A DNA stretch of 64,000 nucleotides from Alphaproteobacteria bacterium. Its GTDB lineage: Bacteria; Pseudomonadota; Alphaproteobacteria; CAAHEQ01; UBA3637. Each line of letters opens with the position of its first letter. The stretch's first letter is position 1. Under the pieces are notes generated by a model. It saw only the letters and a program-made list of their open reading frames with translations. It made no database searches and was not told the origin of the DNA. The DNA is taken from positions 45,218 to 109,217 of the forward strand of contig JAGCKR010000041.1 in the NCBI GenBank assembly GCA_017647405.1, read 5' to 3'. The position numbers and the translations under genes were made by a program. This document shows positions 52,953-62,809 of this stretch, piece by piece.

Positions 52953-53855
52953 TTAAAGTCCTTCCCGCCTACTATACGATAAAGGATGAGAATTTTCAAC
53001 AGTCTTTTTTAATCTATCTTGTAAAATATGTGTGTAAATTTCCGTTGTGGTGATATTTGCATGGCCCAACATTTTTTGAACCGATCGCAAATCGGCGTCA
53101 TGTTGAATGAGATGGCTGGCAAAAGAGTGTCTAAAAACATGGGGTGAAACCCGAGATAACGGCATTCCTTTTTCGGTGGCAATTGTTTTCATAGCTTTAA
53201 AAAAACCATCGCGTGTTATATGCCCTGTTTTTGAACTGGAAGGGAAAAGCCATTTTGAATTTTTCTTTTTTTCATTTTTACTTCGTTCATCTAGCCAATT
53301 TTTTAAGGATTCTCTGGCATTTTCATTAAGAGGAACAATCCGTTCTTTATTTCCTTTTCCGATAATAGTTAGTGTTGATAAATCGTGTGTAACAACCGTT
53401 ATCGGTAATCCAACAAGTTCACTAACGCGCATACCTGTTGCGTAAAGTAATTCAAACATAAAATAAATTTGTTTGTTTTTTTCTTGAGCTCCTTTAATTA
53501 ATAAATCTATTTCAGCTTCTGTTAAATATTTTGGAAGTGATTTATTTAATTTAGGAGATTGAAGATAATCCGCAGGATTTTTTTTGATAATATCTTCTGA
53601 GTATAAAAAACGATAAAATTCTCGCATGGCACAAAGACGTCTTGCCCCTGTTTTGGCACTTAAACGTGAAGATTTTAAAAATGCGATATAATCTTGTAAA
53701 TCTTCTTTTGTTGCTTTTTCTAATCGTGTTTTTTTTGAATCTAAAAAATTATAAAGCTCTTTTAAGTCACGACGATACGCAATCACGGTGTTTCCTGCCG
53801 CGCCGCGTTCAGCTAAAATCATTTCTAAAAAAGCATCGATTAATTTTAAGCTCAT
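52953..53855 (-). CDS. xerD: Tyrosine recombinase XerD (XerC/D family)
   Basis: 300 aa. N-terminal FLEMILAERGAAGNTVIAYRRDL, C-terminal HVFRHSFASHLIQHDADLRSVQKMLGHANITTTEIYTH. Confidence 0.8.
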   Translation of the reverse strand: MSLKLIDAFLEMILAERGAAGNTVIAYRRDLKELYNFLDSKKTRLEKATKEDLQDYIAFLKSSRLSAKTGARRLCAMREFYRFLYSEDIIKKNPADYLQSPKLNKSLPKYLTEAEIDLLIKGAQEKNKQIYFMFELLYATGMRVSELVGLPITVVTHDLSTLTIIGKGNKERIVPLNENARESLKNWLDERSKNEKKKNSKWLFPSSSKTGHITRDGFFKAMKTIATEKGMPLSRVSPHVFRHSFASHLIQHDADLRSVQKMLGHANITTTEIYTHILQDRLKKTVENSHPLSYSRREGL

Positions 53856-55369
53856 TGATAAAGCGTTCCTTCAAGTTCAAGGGGTAAAGAAATATCTTGA
53901 GGATAATTTTGTTTGATAAAAAAGAGTAAAGAATGTTTATCTGTAACCGTTTCATCATTCAAATCAAAAATAGCTTTAATTAAGTTTTCACCTGTTTTTT
54001 CTGACTGATCTTGATTCATATAATCAAAAATCATGAGAGGCGGTCTGTTGGGTTTTGTATTTGGGAGTGTTTCGTAAAATATTTGAGCTGATTTTTGCCA
54101 AAATTGAGAGCAATTTTCTTTTGTTAAATCAGAGCAAAAGTGATTGAGTAAAGATTCTGTTTCATCAGGAATGCCGGCTCCTAATTTTTGCATGCCGGGG
54201 ATAAGTAAAAGCCGTTGTTTTTGATAGGAATCATCTTTTTCATTTTTTAAAATTTGATACCATTCATTTGCTTTTTCTAAATTATTATGAAGGATATAAA
54301 TTTGTGCAGCGTAAAAAGCAAGATCTTTATACTCTTGTTGAGGTAAAATGCCGTCTAATTTTTGGATAATCAAAGGCGCAAGAGAAAGCCCCAATTTATC
54401 TTGAATGGCAATTTTAATAAATGTTTTGAGCCATTCGGCTTTTGCAAAAGGATCGGTTTCTGCTTTAATTTTTTGATAAATTTCAGCGCGGCGCAGATGA
54501 TTTTTATCGATATTTGAATCGAGTAATGGTAACTGATAAATACTTGCCAGTTCGTCTGCTGTTAAATTTATTTTTTCGGCATAATTAATGCGATCTTCAA
54601 TTTTTGGTGCCGGTAAATTAACAAATATTTTTTTAATACCATCAGATTGTTTTTCTAAATCGAAGGATTGATTTTTTAATCTGGAAATTAAAAAGATATG
54701 TTCAATGTTGACGGTTTCTTCGTTTGGAATATTTGTGTCAAGTTCCAAAAGAATATTTTCTGCAAGAGCTGAAAAAAGAGGGTTATTTATCTCTTGATTA
54801 TCGCGATAAATTTCATAGGACAAAACGGCTTTGTTTCTTTCTTCTTTTTCCAAAAAAAGATTGATTCTTGTTTCATCTGTTTGGCGTGTTTGATCCATAT
54901 CTTGGATTATTTTTTCAACTTCCTCAAAATGACCGAGGGCAAGGTGAATATTTGCTTTTATAAGAAAAAGATTTTGATTTAAACTTTGCATAGGTATTAA
55001 ATCAATCAATTCAATAGCTTCTTTAAAAGCTCCCACACGAACAAGAGCTTCAATCCGTTTGATTAAGAATAAGTTTTCACTTTGTGTATTGATAAAATCA
55101 AATCCGGTTGAATCTTGTGTTAAAAGAGTGATTAATATTTTTTTTGAGGCAGGTGAAAGTTTTGTTGTTCCTATTTTATCAATCAAAGGAAAAAGAGTTT
55201 CCGGATTGCTTTTATGCCATAAATTTTTCGCGAGTTTATCATGTGAACCAAGCGTGTCTAACGAAAAATGAGAAAGCTCATTCACCGTTACTCCCGAATC
55301 AATTAAAGAAGCATGCGTCGAATAGCTTAAAAAACAGGAAACACAAAAAAGAAGAAGATTTTTTTTCAT
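53852..55369 (-). CDS. Secreted helical-repeat (TPR-like?) hypothetical protein
   Basis: 505 aa with signal peptide MKKNLLLFCVSCFLSYSTHA and an all-alpha-looking sequence; no motif recognised. 4-nt overlap with xerD. Confidence 0.5.
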   Translation of the reverse strand: MKKNLLLFCVSCFLSYSTHASLIDSGVTVNELSHFSLDTLGSHDKLAKNLWHKSNPETLFPLIDKIGTTKLSPASKKILITLLTQDSTGFDFINTQSENLFLIKRIEALVRVGAFKEAIELIDLIPMQSLNQNLFLIKANIHLALGHFEEVEKIIQDMDQTRQTDETRINLFLEKEERNKAVLSYEIYRDNQEINNPLFSALAENILLELDTNIPNEETVNIEHIFLISRLKNQSFDLEKQSDGIKKIFVNLPAPKIEDRINYAEKINLTADELASIYQLPLLDSNIDKNHLRRAEIYQKIKAETDPFAKAEWLKTFIKIAIQDKLGLSLAPLIIQKLDGILPQQEYKDLAFYAAQIYILHNNLEKANEWYQILKNEKDDSYQKQRLLLIPGMQKLGAGIPDETESLLNHFCSDLTKENCSQFWQKSAQIFYETLPNTKPNRPPLMIFDYMNQDQSEKTGENLIKAIFDLNDETVTDKHSLLFFIKQNYPQDISLPLELEGTLYQ

Positions 55370-55512
55370 TAATTTAACGGTGTTGTGATTTCTTTTTCAA
55401 TATGAGTGATTTCAGCTTTCGGTTCAATAAATGCTAAAATAACGAAAAAACCGATAAGAAGAAGGGCCGTTACTTTGAGCAAAAGATGTTTTTTTTCTTC
55501 TTTATGGATCAT
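55369..55512 (-). CDS. 47-aa single-pass membrane peptide (below the ORF-track cut-off)
   Basis: Hand translation: MIHKEEKKHLLLKVTALLLIGFFVILAFIEPKAEITHIEKEITTPLN. GGAG RBS. Its stop overlaps the ATG of the 505-aa ORF (TAATG). Confidence 0.45.
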   Translation of the reverse strand: MIHKEEKKHLLLKVTALLLIGFFVILAFIEPKAEITHIEKEITTPLN

Positions 55513-55602
55513 TTTATTCTCCTTTACACTGGACAGATTGAATAAATCTTGCTATGATATTCAGTAATACTATATTTAATTCAGAATTGTCAAGAAAAGA
55601 AC

Positions 55603-56232
55603 ATGAAACAAAAATTAATAGAACCTAAAATCATTTTACTTGTTGGAATGATGGGGGTTGGGAAAACGAGTTTAGGACGTATTTTGTCTAAAAAACTGCA
55701 ATTGCCGTTTTATGACAGTGATAAAGAAATTGAAAAATCAACCGGTTTTTTGATTAATGAATTATTTTCTAAATGTGGGATGGAAGAGTTTCGCTTAGGT
55801 GAAGAGCGGGTGATGCAACGGTTACTGAATGGAGAGCCTTGTGTTTTATCTTCTGGTGGTGGCGCTTTTTTGTCTGAAAAGACAAGGAAGCTAGCTGCTC
55901 AAAAAGCCATATCAATATGGATTAAGGCTTCAAGTGATGTTATTTCAAGAAGAACACAAGGTCGTACTCACAGGCCATTGGTACCGGCTGCGGATAATCA
56001 CAAAACAATTGAACGACTTGTTCATGAAAGATATCCTGTTTATTCTGAGGCGGATATTATGGTTGAATCGTTTAAGGAATCGCCATATAGAACGGTGAGC
56101 CGTCTTTTAAAAGAGCTTGAAAAAAGAAATATTATTGAAGTTGTTGAAGATAAAAATCAGGCGCCGCTTCCTAAGTATAAGAAAAGGAAACGGCTACCCA
56201 AACCATTAAGGAAAAAAATAAAACATGATTGA
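55603..56232 (+). CDS. aroK: Shikimate kinase with basic C-terminal extension
   Basis: Walker A LVGMMGVGKTSLGRIL, FYDSDKEIE, LSSGGGAF; Lys/Arg-rich last ~35 aa. Confidence 0.85.
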   Translation: MKQKLIEPKIILLVGMMGVGKTSLGRILSKKLQLPFYDSDKEIEKSTGFLINELFSKCGMEEFRLGEERVMQRLLNGEPCVLSSGGGAFLSEKTRKLAAQKAISIWIKASSDVISRRTQGRTHRPLVPAADNHKTIERLVHERYPVYSEADIMVESFKESPYRTVSRLLKELEKRNIIEVVEDKNQAPLPKYKKRKRLPKPLRKKIKHD

Positions 56233-57487
56233 TTGTTGTTTAATTATTTTATTATTAATTCTTTCATTCTATTTTTCTGGAACAGAAACAGCAATGACAG
56301 CTGTTTCCATGCCTCGACTTTATGAACTTGGGAAAAAAGGAGATTGGCGGGCGCAAAAAATTTTGATGTTAAAGAAAGATTCTCCGAAATTGTTAGGAAC
56401 ATTGTTGTTTGGAAATAATGTGGTAAACATTGCTTTAACAGCATTATCAACAGCTTTGATGATAGATTTTTTTGGAGAAGAATATGGTGTTTTGATTGCC
56501 ACATTTGGTGTGAGTGTTATTGTTTTGTTGTTTTCGGAAATTATGCCTAAAACATATGCGTTGAATAATCCTTTATCCTTTGCGCTGATAAGTGTTCCAC
56601 TTTTGAGTTTTTTTGTTTTTTGTTTTTCGCCGATTGTTAAGGCCTTTGGTATTTTTTCTAAGACAATTATTAAAGTTTTACCACAAGGAGATCAACAAGT
56701 TGATGCCGAAACGGTGAAGGCTGAAATTCGCGGAACGATTTTAATGCCATCAGAAGGCGATGCCGTTATCAGTCAGGAAAAGGTGATGCTTAAAAGTGTG
56801 TTGGATTTAAGCGATGTGACGGTGGAAGATATTATGGTTCACAGAAGTCATGTTGTTTCTTTGAATGCGTCTTTACCATTGCCTGAAATTTTTGAATTTT
56901 TAAGTCGTTCGCCCTATAGTCGTATTCCGCTTTGGAAAGGGGAACCTGATAATATTATTGGTGTGTTGCATGCAAAAGCATTGTTAAAATTAATGAATGT
57001 TTATTATCGTGGAAAAATGAAAGTTTCTGTGGCGGATTATGTGACGAAACCATGGTTTGTTTTAAATACAACATCTTTATTGGATCAGCTTCATGCCTTT
57101 AAGAGAAGACGCGAACATTTTGCTCTTGTGGTTGATGAATATGGCGTGATTGAGGGTTTAGTAACTCTGGAAGATATTTTAGAAGAAATTGTTGGTGATA
57201 TTTCAGATGAAAATGATGTGCCGACTGAATCAAATTTGCAAGTTGTTAAAACGGATGCCGGCGGTTTTCGTTTGGATGGACAAACAACAATTAGAGATAT
57301 TAATCGGCATTTTAAGTGGGAATTATCGGATGAAAAAGCCTCTACATTGGCGGGATATATTCTTTATGAAGTGGAAAGAATCCCTTCTGTTGGGGAAACT
57401 TTTGTTATTAATGGTTTTTCATTCACGATTGTTTCTAAAAATAAAAACAGATTGGCGGTTATAGATATTTTACCACCTGCTTCTTAA
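56225..57487 (+). CDS. CNNM/CorC/TlyC-family protein (DUF21 + CBS pair + CorC_HlyC)
   Basis: 420 aa. N-terminal four-TM DUF21 (SGTETAMTAVS), CBS region VEDIMVHRSHV ... IGVLHAKALL, C-terminal transporter-associated domain. Confidence 0.8.
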   Translation: MIDCCLIILLLILSFYFSGTETAMTAVSMPRLYELGKKGDWRAQKILMLKKDSPKLLGTLLFGNNVVNIALTALSTALMIDFFGEEYGVLIATFGVSVIVLLFSEIMPKTYALNNPLSFALISVPLLSFFVFCFSPIVKAFGIFSKTIIKVLPQGDQQVDAETVKAEIRGTILMPSEGDAVISQEKVMLKSVLDLSDVTVEDIMVHRSHVVSLNASLPLPEIFEFLSRSPYSRIPLWKGEPDNIIGVLHAKALLKLMNVYYRGKMKVSVADYVTKPWFVLNTTSLLDQLHAFKRRREHFALVVDEYGVIEGLVTLEDILEEIVGDISDENDVPTESNLQVVKTDAGGFRLDGQTTIRDINRHFKWELSDEKASTLAGYILYEVERIPSVGETFVINGFSFTIVSKNKNRLAVIDILPPAS

Positions 57488-58059
57488 TTTTTATAGCGGG
57501 TTAAAACAATGATTTTTTGAACACTAACGGTGTTTTTAATAACAGCGAGAACTTTTTTCAATTCTTCCTCGTTTTCGCTGATGCCCATCAGATAAATAAC
57601 ACCATTTTCCATTGTGATTTTATAATTAACCGAGGAAACGCCTTTGATCAAAGATAACTCGTATCTGATTTTTGCTGAAATAGCGGCATCTTCATTCACA
57701 ATACTCATTTTTGGTGGTGTATCTAAACGGATATAATTATAAACTTTTTTAACGCCATTTGTTTTCCAAACAGTTTCTATAACTTCATCAATTAAGGCCG
57801 TTTGGGGTAGGGCGCCGTTTAATAAAACATATCCTTCAAAAACGGTTACTTCTATATCAAGAAAATATTTAATGTCTTTTTGTGCCAGATTTCTTCGAAT
57901 AGCCAGATTGATTTTTGTGTCATTATAATCATCTTGCAAGGACCTATCATCCAACACAAGAGAAGTGACTTTATGTCCGGCATTATAAATGGTTCCGATA
58001 AATTGGCATCCGGTGAGGAATAAACAAAAACAAGAGCAAAAAAGAACTCTTTTTTTCAT
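57484..58059 (-). CDS. Dual BON-domain lipoprotein (DolP/YraP/OsmY-like)
   Basis: Start at MKKRVLFCSCFCLFLTGC (lipobox). Two BON-like segments (IEVTVFEGYVLLNGALP; YKITMENGVIYLMGIS). ATGA overlap with yraN. Confidence 0.7.
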   Translation of the reverse strand: MKKRVLFCSCFCLFLTGCQFIGTIYNAGHKVTSLVLDDRSLQDDYNDTKINLAIRRNLAQKDIKYFLDIEVTVFEGYVLLNGALPQTALIDEVIETVWKTNGVKKVYNYIRLDTPPKMSIVNEDAAISAKIRYELSLIKGVSSVNYKITMENGVIYLMGISENEEELKKVLAVIKNTVSVQKIIVLTRYKN

Positions 58060-58421
58060 AAAACTCTCCAAGCATCTTTTAAATGTTTAGGCCAAAAACT
58101 TTTATCTTTAAATAAAACGGCGTCATATCGAACATTAAAATTTTGAAAATGTGGATATTTTTTTAAAAAAACAGCTGAGGATTTAACAACTCTTAATTGA
58201 TTGTTCATATCAATGGCTTCAGCTGCTTGTAGATAAGTTTTTCTTTTTTTTACTTCTATAAAAATAATGGTTTTACCTTTTTTCATCACAAGATCTATTT
58301 CGCCGGCGCCAGTTCCATTTTTAACGGTAAAATTTTTTTTAAGAAGTCGATATCCTTTGCATCTTAAATAAAAAAGAGCGATTTTTTCGGTAAAATGAAT
58401 ATTTTTAAATTTTTTTGCCAT
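58056..58421 (-). CDS. yraN: YraN-family (UPF0102) endonuclease-fold protein
   Basis: GEIDLVMKKGKTIIFIEVKKRK motif. Start taken at MAKKFKNIHF (the track starts at 58469, overlapping rsmI more deeply). Confidence 0.7.
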   Translation of the reverse strand: MAKKFKNIHFTEKIALFYLRCKGYRLLKKNFTVKNGTGAGEIDLVMKKGKTIIFIEVKKRKTYLQAAEAIDMNNQLRVVKSSAVFLKKYPHFQNFNVRYDAVLFKDKSFWPKHLKDAWRVL

Positions 58422-59232
58422 TTTTAATATCCAATGTTTTTTTATAAATTTCTTTTTTAGAATATCCACTTATTTTTGAAACAATTTCAGCTGTATCTTT
58501 AACTGATGAAGACTCAAGTGTTTTTAAGATAAGTTCATCAAGATCTAACACTTCTTCTTTTTTACTGTTGCGATCAATAACTAGAACGAGTTCTCCTTTG
58601 GGTTGACCGTTTTCTTCATAATAAGAAATAAGATTAGAAACGGTGTCGGTTTTGGTTTCTTCAAATTTTTTTGTGATTTCTCGAACAACTGCCATTTCCC
58701 GATTACCCAATACTTCTAAAATATCTGTTAATGAATCGGTTAATCTGTTTGCTGTTTCATAAAAGATAAGTGTTGCCGGAACAGATTTAAACACATTTAA
58801 ATGTTTTTTTCTGGCAGCTTGTTTATTTGGTAAAAAGCCGGCAAACAAAAATGTGTCTGACGGAAGGCCTGAAAGTTGAAGGGCTGATAAAACGGCATTT
58901 GCCCCCGGAACGGTTGTGACCTCTAATCCTTTTTGCCTGCAACTTCGAACCAAACGATAACCTGGATCGGAAATAAGAGGAGTGCCTGCATCACTAACAA
59001 GGGCAACGGTTAATCCTTTTTCTAGGTAAGAAATAATTTTTGGGCACATGTCATCGGCATTATGTTCATGATAAGCAATCAATTTGTTTGCTTTAACGCC
59101 GATAAGTGAAAATAAAGAAGAGCTTGTTCTTGTGTCTTCACAAGCGATAATATCCGCATTGTTTAGTGTGTCAATCGCTCTTTTAGATATATCTGATAAA
59201 TTGCCAATCGGCGTTGATACCAAAATAAGCAT
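58405..59232 (-). CDS. rsmI: 16S rRNA (cytidine1402-2'-O)-methyltransferase RsmI
   Basis: MLILVSTPIGNLSDISKRAIDTLNNADIIACEDTR, SDAGTPLISDPG. Confidence 0.9.
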   Translation of the reverse strand: MLILVSTPIGNLSDISKRAIDTLNNADIIACEDTRTSSSLFSLIGVKANKLIAYHEHNADDMCPKIISYLEKGLTVALVSDAGTPLISDPGYRLVRSCRQKGLEVTTVPGANAVLSALQLSGLPSDTFLFAGFLPNKQAARKKHLNVFKSVPATLIFYETANRLTDSLTDILEVLGNREMAVVREITKKFEETKTDTVSNLISYYEENGQPKGELVLVIDRNSKKEEVLDLDELILKTLESSSVKDTAEIVSKISGYSKKEIYKKTLDIKNGKKI

Positions 59233-59316
59233 GTGAATCCTTTTGAATATAATACTTGAAAATTTTTAATATTTTCAGTATACCAAATAAAAAGAAAGAA
59301 GAAAAGGAATAATTTA

Positions 59317-60492
59317 ATGTTAAAAAAAATACTGTTTGGTTTATTGTGTGTTTTTGTTACCGGTTGTTCGGTTCAAAAGAAATATCCCTCTGGTTTAGAG
59401 AGTGTTTTTCAAGAAGAAAAAAAGGAAAAAACAAAAACGGCGGTGATTTTGCCTTTGTCGGGTAATTCGGCATCAATGGGAGATTCTTTTCGTAATGCAA
59501 TTTTAATGGCGCAGTTAGAACGCTCAACTGATGAAGTGACTGAAGTTGAATTTTATGATTCAAAAGGAACGCCGGAAGGGGCGCGTGAGGCATTTTTAAA
59601 GGCCAAGGATAATGGGTCTGATATTGTGTTAGGTCCTGTTTTTTCAAGCAGTGTTAAAATGATTAAAGAAATGGAACCGGATATTCCAGTTATTTCTTTT
59701 ACATCGGATACATCCGTTTTGGGTGATGGTGTTTATTCTATGGCATTGTTAATTGAAGAACAAATTAAAAGAATTGTGAAATTTGCCTGTGAAAAAGGAG
59801 AGTTTCGTTTTGCTATATTAGGACCAAATGATAAAACGGGGGCTATGGTTTTAAAATCATTTGAAAAGGCAATGATGAATTGTTCAGGAATGCAGTTGAC
59901 TCACATTTCTCTTTATGATTCAAATAATTCGGATTTGATGGCTGCTGTTCAAAAAATTGCGCCGCCACTTATTGATTTGAAGAAAAAGGATTTGACTGAA
60001 GAAGAAAAAGAATTGGCTCAAAATCCAACGGCAGATCGTATTGAATTTGATGCTTTATTTGTTTTTGAACAAGGCGTAAAACTTCAACAATTAGCTTCAC
60101 TTCTTTCTTATTATGATGTGACACCAAATCTAATTTCATTTTACGGTTTGGCAACTCTTCGCGGTCAACAATCCAGAGAACTTATCGGGGCTTATTTTGC
60201 GGATTTACCTCAAACACATTTAAATATTTTTAAGCAAAATTATCAAGAAGCATTTTTCACAAAACCGATATCTGTTTCCGCTCTTGGATATGATGGTATT
60301 TCACTAATTAGTTATCTATCTCAACAATCAAGATTAAATGAAAAATCTCTTTTAAGCACAGATGGTTTTGTTGGTCTTAATGGGCGTTTCAGATTTAACG
60401 AAGATGGGACAAATGACAGACTTCTTGAAATGTTTCAAATTAGGGGAACAAATCGGATTATTAAAGTTGTTCCGGCAGATGCTTCTTTTTAA
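59317..60492 (+). CDS. LpoA-like penicillin-binding-protein activator / type-I periplasmic-binding-fold lipoprotein
   Basis: Lipobox VTGCS; TAVILPLSGNSASMGDSFRNAILMA. Divergent from rsmI, as in the rsmI/lpoA-yraN-dolP neighbourhood of other proteobacteria. Confidence 0.6.
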   Translation: MLKKILFGLLCVFVTGCSVQKKYPSGLESVFQEEKKEKTKTAVILPLSGNSASMGDSFRNAILMAQLERSTDEVTEVEFYDSKGTPEGAREAFLKAKDNGSDIVLGPVFSSSVKMIKEMEPDIPVISFTSDTSVLGDGVYSMALLIEEQIKRIVKFACEKGEFRFAILGPNDKTGAMVLKSFEKAMMNCSGMQLTHISLYDSNNSDLMAAVQKIAPPLIDLKKKDLTEEEKELAQNPTADRIEFDALFVFEQGVKLQQLASLLSYYDVTPNLISFYGLATLRGQQSRELIGAYFADLPQTHLNIFKQNYQEAFFTKPISVSALGYDGISLISYLSQQSRLNEKSLLSTDGFVGLNGRFRFNEDGTNDRLLEMFQIRGTNRIIKVVPADASF

Positions 60493-60495
60493 TTC

Positions 60496-61581
60496 TTAAG
60501 ATAATAATAAAATGAGTTTATTAAGAACGAGTCGTCCTTTAAGGGTGGTGAATATTTTATTATTTTTAATTTGAACCCATTCGTTTTTAATGGCGGTTTC
60601 AAGCTTGTGTGGTTGTATATGTTTAAGAGGATATCCTTCTTGAATAAGTCTTAATCCCATTAAAAGTTTTTCTTCATTTTTTTCTTCGATTGTCAATGTT
60701 GAAAAGGAAGGACCTTCGGCTAGCCAATCTAAAACTTTTTTACTATTGTATGTTGCGATAAGATCCATTCTGCCATGGGCAGCAGGTCCAATGCCTATAT
60801 AATTTTTGCCTCTCCAATAAAGAAGATTGTGTTTGCATTCTTCATTTTTAAAAGCATGATTTGATATTTCATAAGCCGGCAAATTGGCCTCTTGCATGAT
60901 TTCTTGTGTCAGTCGATATAAGCGAACAGCTTGTGAGTCTGAAATTTGAGGAATATTGTTTTTATAAAATACTGTTCCTTCTTCAAGTGTTAATTGATAT
61001 AAAGAATAATGTTTTAAGCCAAGTGAAATTGCTTTTTTTAATTCCTGTTCCCAAGATTTTAAAGATTGGCGCGGTCGGGCATAGATTAAATCAATATTAA
61101 TACGATTAAAAATATTCTTTGCTTCATCAATGCGTTGCAGTGCTGTTTGAACGGAATGCTTGCGCCCTAAAAAAAATAAATCTTTTTCATTTAAAGATTG
61201 AACGCCAAGAGATAAACGATTAAGCCCGGATTGATGAAAATTTTTCATTTTTTCTTTTGTTATGGCGTCTGGATTTGCTTCCAGTGAAATCTCAATATTA
61301 GAAGATATTTGAAAATTTTTTGTAATTTCATTTAATAGATTATTAAAAAGTTTTTCACTCATTAAAGAGGGGGTTCCACCTCCAAAAAAGATGGATGTTA
61401 AAGGTGGAAAATAATGAAATTTTTCTTTAAAAACAATAAGGTCACGTTTATATCCTTTAAATAAAAGAGTTTCATCTATTTTTTTTGAAACTGAGCTTGC
61501 AAAATCACAATAAGGACACTTACTTAAACAGTAAGGCCAGTGAATATATAATCCAAAATCTTCTTTTTTAGGTATTATCAT
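60496..61581 (-). CDS. hemW: Radical SAM heme chaperone HemW (HemN-like, oxygen-independent coproporphyrinogen oxidase family)
   Basis: LYIHWPYCLSKCPYCDF, FFGGGTPS, RLSLGVQS. Confidence 0.85.
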   Translation of the reverse strand: MIIPKKEDFGLYIHWPYCLSKCPYCDFASSVSKKIDETLLFKGYKRDLIVFKEKFHYFPPLTSIFFGGGTPSLMSEKLFNNLLNEITKNFQISSNIEISLEANPDAITKEKMKNFHQSGLNRLSLGVQSLNEKDLFFLGRKHSVQTALQRIDEAKNIFNRINIDLIYARPRQSLKSWEQELKKAISLGLKHYSLYQLTLEEGTVFYKNNIPQISDSQAVRLYRLTQEIMQEANLPAYEISNHAFKNEECKHNLLYWRGKNYIGIGPAAHGRMDLIATYNSKKVLDWLAEGPSFSTLTIEEKNEEKLLMGLRLIQEGYPLKHIQPHKLETAIKNEWVQIKNNKIFTTLKGRLVLNKLILLLS

Positions 61582-61659
61582 TCTCTTCTTGACATTTTCT
61601 TTAAAAAGCAGTAAGGTGAAACTCGTATAGGTTTAATTATTAACAGGAAAGAAAAGACA

Positions 61660-62205
61660 ATGCAAATATTAATTTCCGGACAACAAATCAATTTAGGTGA
61701 TAATTTCAGAGTTTATGCCGAAGGGGCAATTGATTCATCTGTTTCAAAATACTTTGATGAAGCAGTGAGTGCCGATGTTCGTGTAACAAGAGACGGCAGT
61801 GATATTAAAACGGAATTAACTGTTCACCCGAAAACAGGGGCTGTTATCCGTTCATCTGCAACATCTGCTGATGCTTATGCTTCTTTAGATGGTGCTGTTT
61901 CCAGATTATCACGTCAATTGCGTAAATATAAACATAAATTAGTGGAACACAAAAGTGTTGTTGAAATGGCTGATATGTCAGTTATTGAAGCGGTTGCTGA
62001 ATCTGAAGAAGCTGTTGATGCACCGGTAATTATTGCTGAAATGCAAACGGAAATTCCGGTTTGTACAGTTAGTGAAGCTGTTATGCGTATGGATTTGGAA
62101 AATTTGCCGGCTTTATTGTTTAAAAACACAGCACATGGCGGATTAAACATGGTTTATCGTCGTTCTGATGGTAATATCGGTTGGGTTGATCCGAAACAAA
62201 AATAG
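61660..62205 (+). CDS. hpf: Ribosome hibernation promoting factor (long HPF / sigma54 modulation protein family)
   Basis: 181 aa. N-terminal MQILISGQQINLGDNFRVYAE ... LRKYKHKL and a C-terminal dimerisation domain; precedes ptsN. Confidence 0.8.
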   Translation: MQILISGQQINLGDNFRVYAEGAIDSSVSKYFDEAVSADVRVTRDGSDIKTELTVHPKTGAVIRSSATSADAYASLDGAVSRLSRQLRKYKHKLVEHKSVVEMADMSVIEAVAESEEAVDAPVIIAEMQTEIPVCTVSEAVMRMDLENLPALLFKNTAHGGLNMVYRRSDGNIGWVDPKQK

Positions 62206-62213
62206 GATTTATA

Positions 62214-62666
62214 ATGAAAATAACGGATATTCTGTCTAAGGAAAGTGTTATTGCTGACTTGACGGCAGACAGTAAGAAAAATTTGCTTGAAGAATTGGCT
62301 GGTTTGGCATCAAAAGAAACAGGCGTTGATTCAAGAACAATTTTGGAAGCATTGGTTGAACGAGAACGTTTAGGAACAACCGGTGTTGGTAGAGGTGTTG
62401 CGTTGCCACACACAAGATTGCTTGGTCTTGAAAAAATCTTTTGTGCTTTTGTCAGAACAAATCCGGTTGATTTCGAAGCAGTTGACGGTAAATTAGTTGA
62501 TCTTGTTTTTCTTTTGTTAGTGCCTGAGGAATCAGGGGCTGATCATTTGAAGGCTTTGTCTTGTTTGTCAAAGTTATTAAGAGATGAAACTGTTACGGCA
62601 ACTCTTCGAAAAGCAGTAAATGAAGATGAAATTTATCAGATTATTTGTGAAAACGATATTTTGTAA
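62214..62666 (+). CDS. ptsN: PTS IIA-Ntr nitrogen regulatory protein
   Basis: 150 aa. ERERLGTTGVGRGVALPH with the phosphorylatable His. Confidence 0.85.
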   Translation: MKITDILSKESVIADLTADSKKNLLEELAGLASKETGVDSRTILEALVERERLGTTGVGRGVALPHTRLLGLEKIFCAFVRTNPVDFEAVDGKLVDLVFLLLVPEESGADHLKALSCLSKLLRDETVTATLRKAVNEDEIYQIICENDIL

Positions 62667-62689
62667 AAATTGAATTGCTTCAAAATAAA

Positions 62690-62726
62690 AAAGGGCTTTT
62701 GTAAGGATACAAAGGCTCTTTTTTTA
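62690..62726 (+). terminator. Probable rho-independent terminator after ptsN
   Basis: Imperfect hairpin gggcttttgt aagga tacaaaggctc followed by a T-run. Confidence 0.5.
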
Positions 62727-62809
62727 TTAAAGAATCCTTGACAATTTTAGGAAAAAAAGGCATTCTTCGTTGGTAGAACAAAAACAGTATATTTAAGACA
62801 GAGTTAAGC

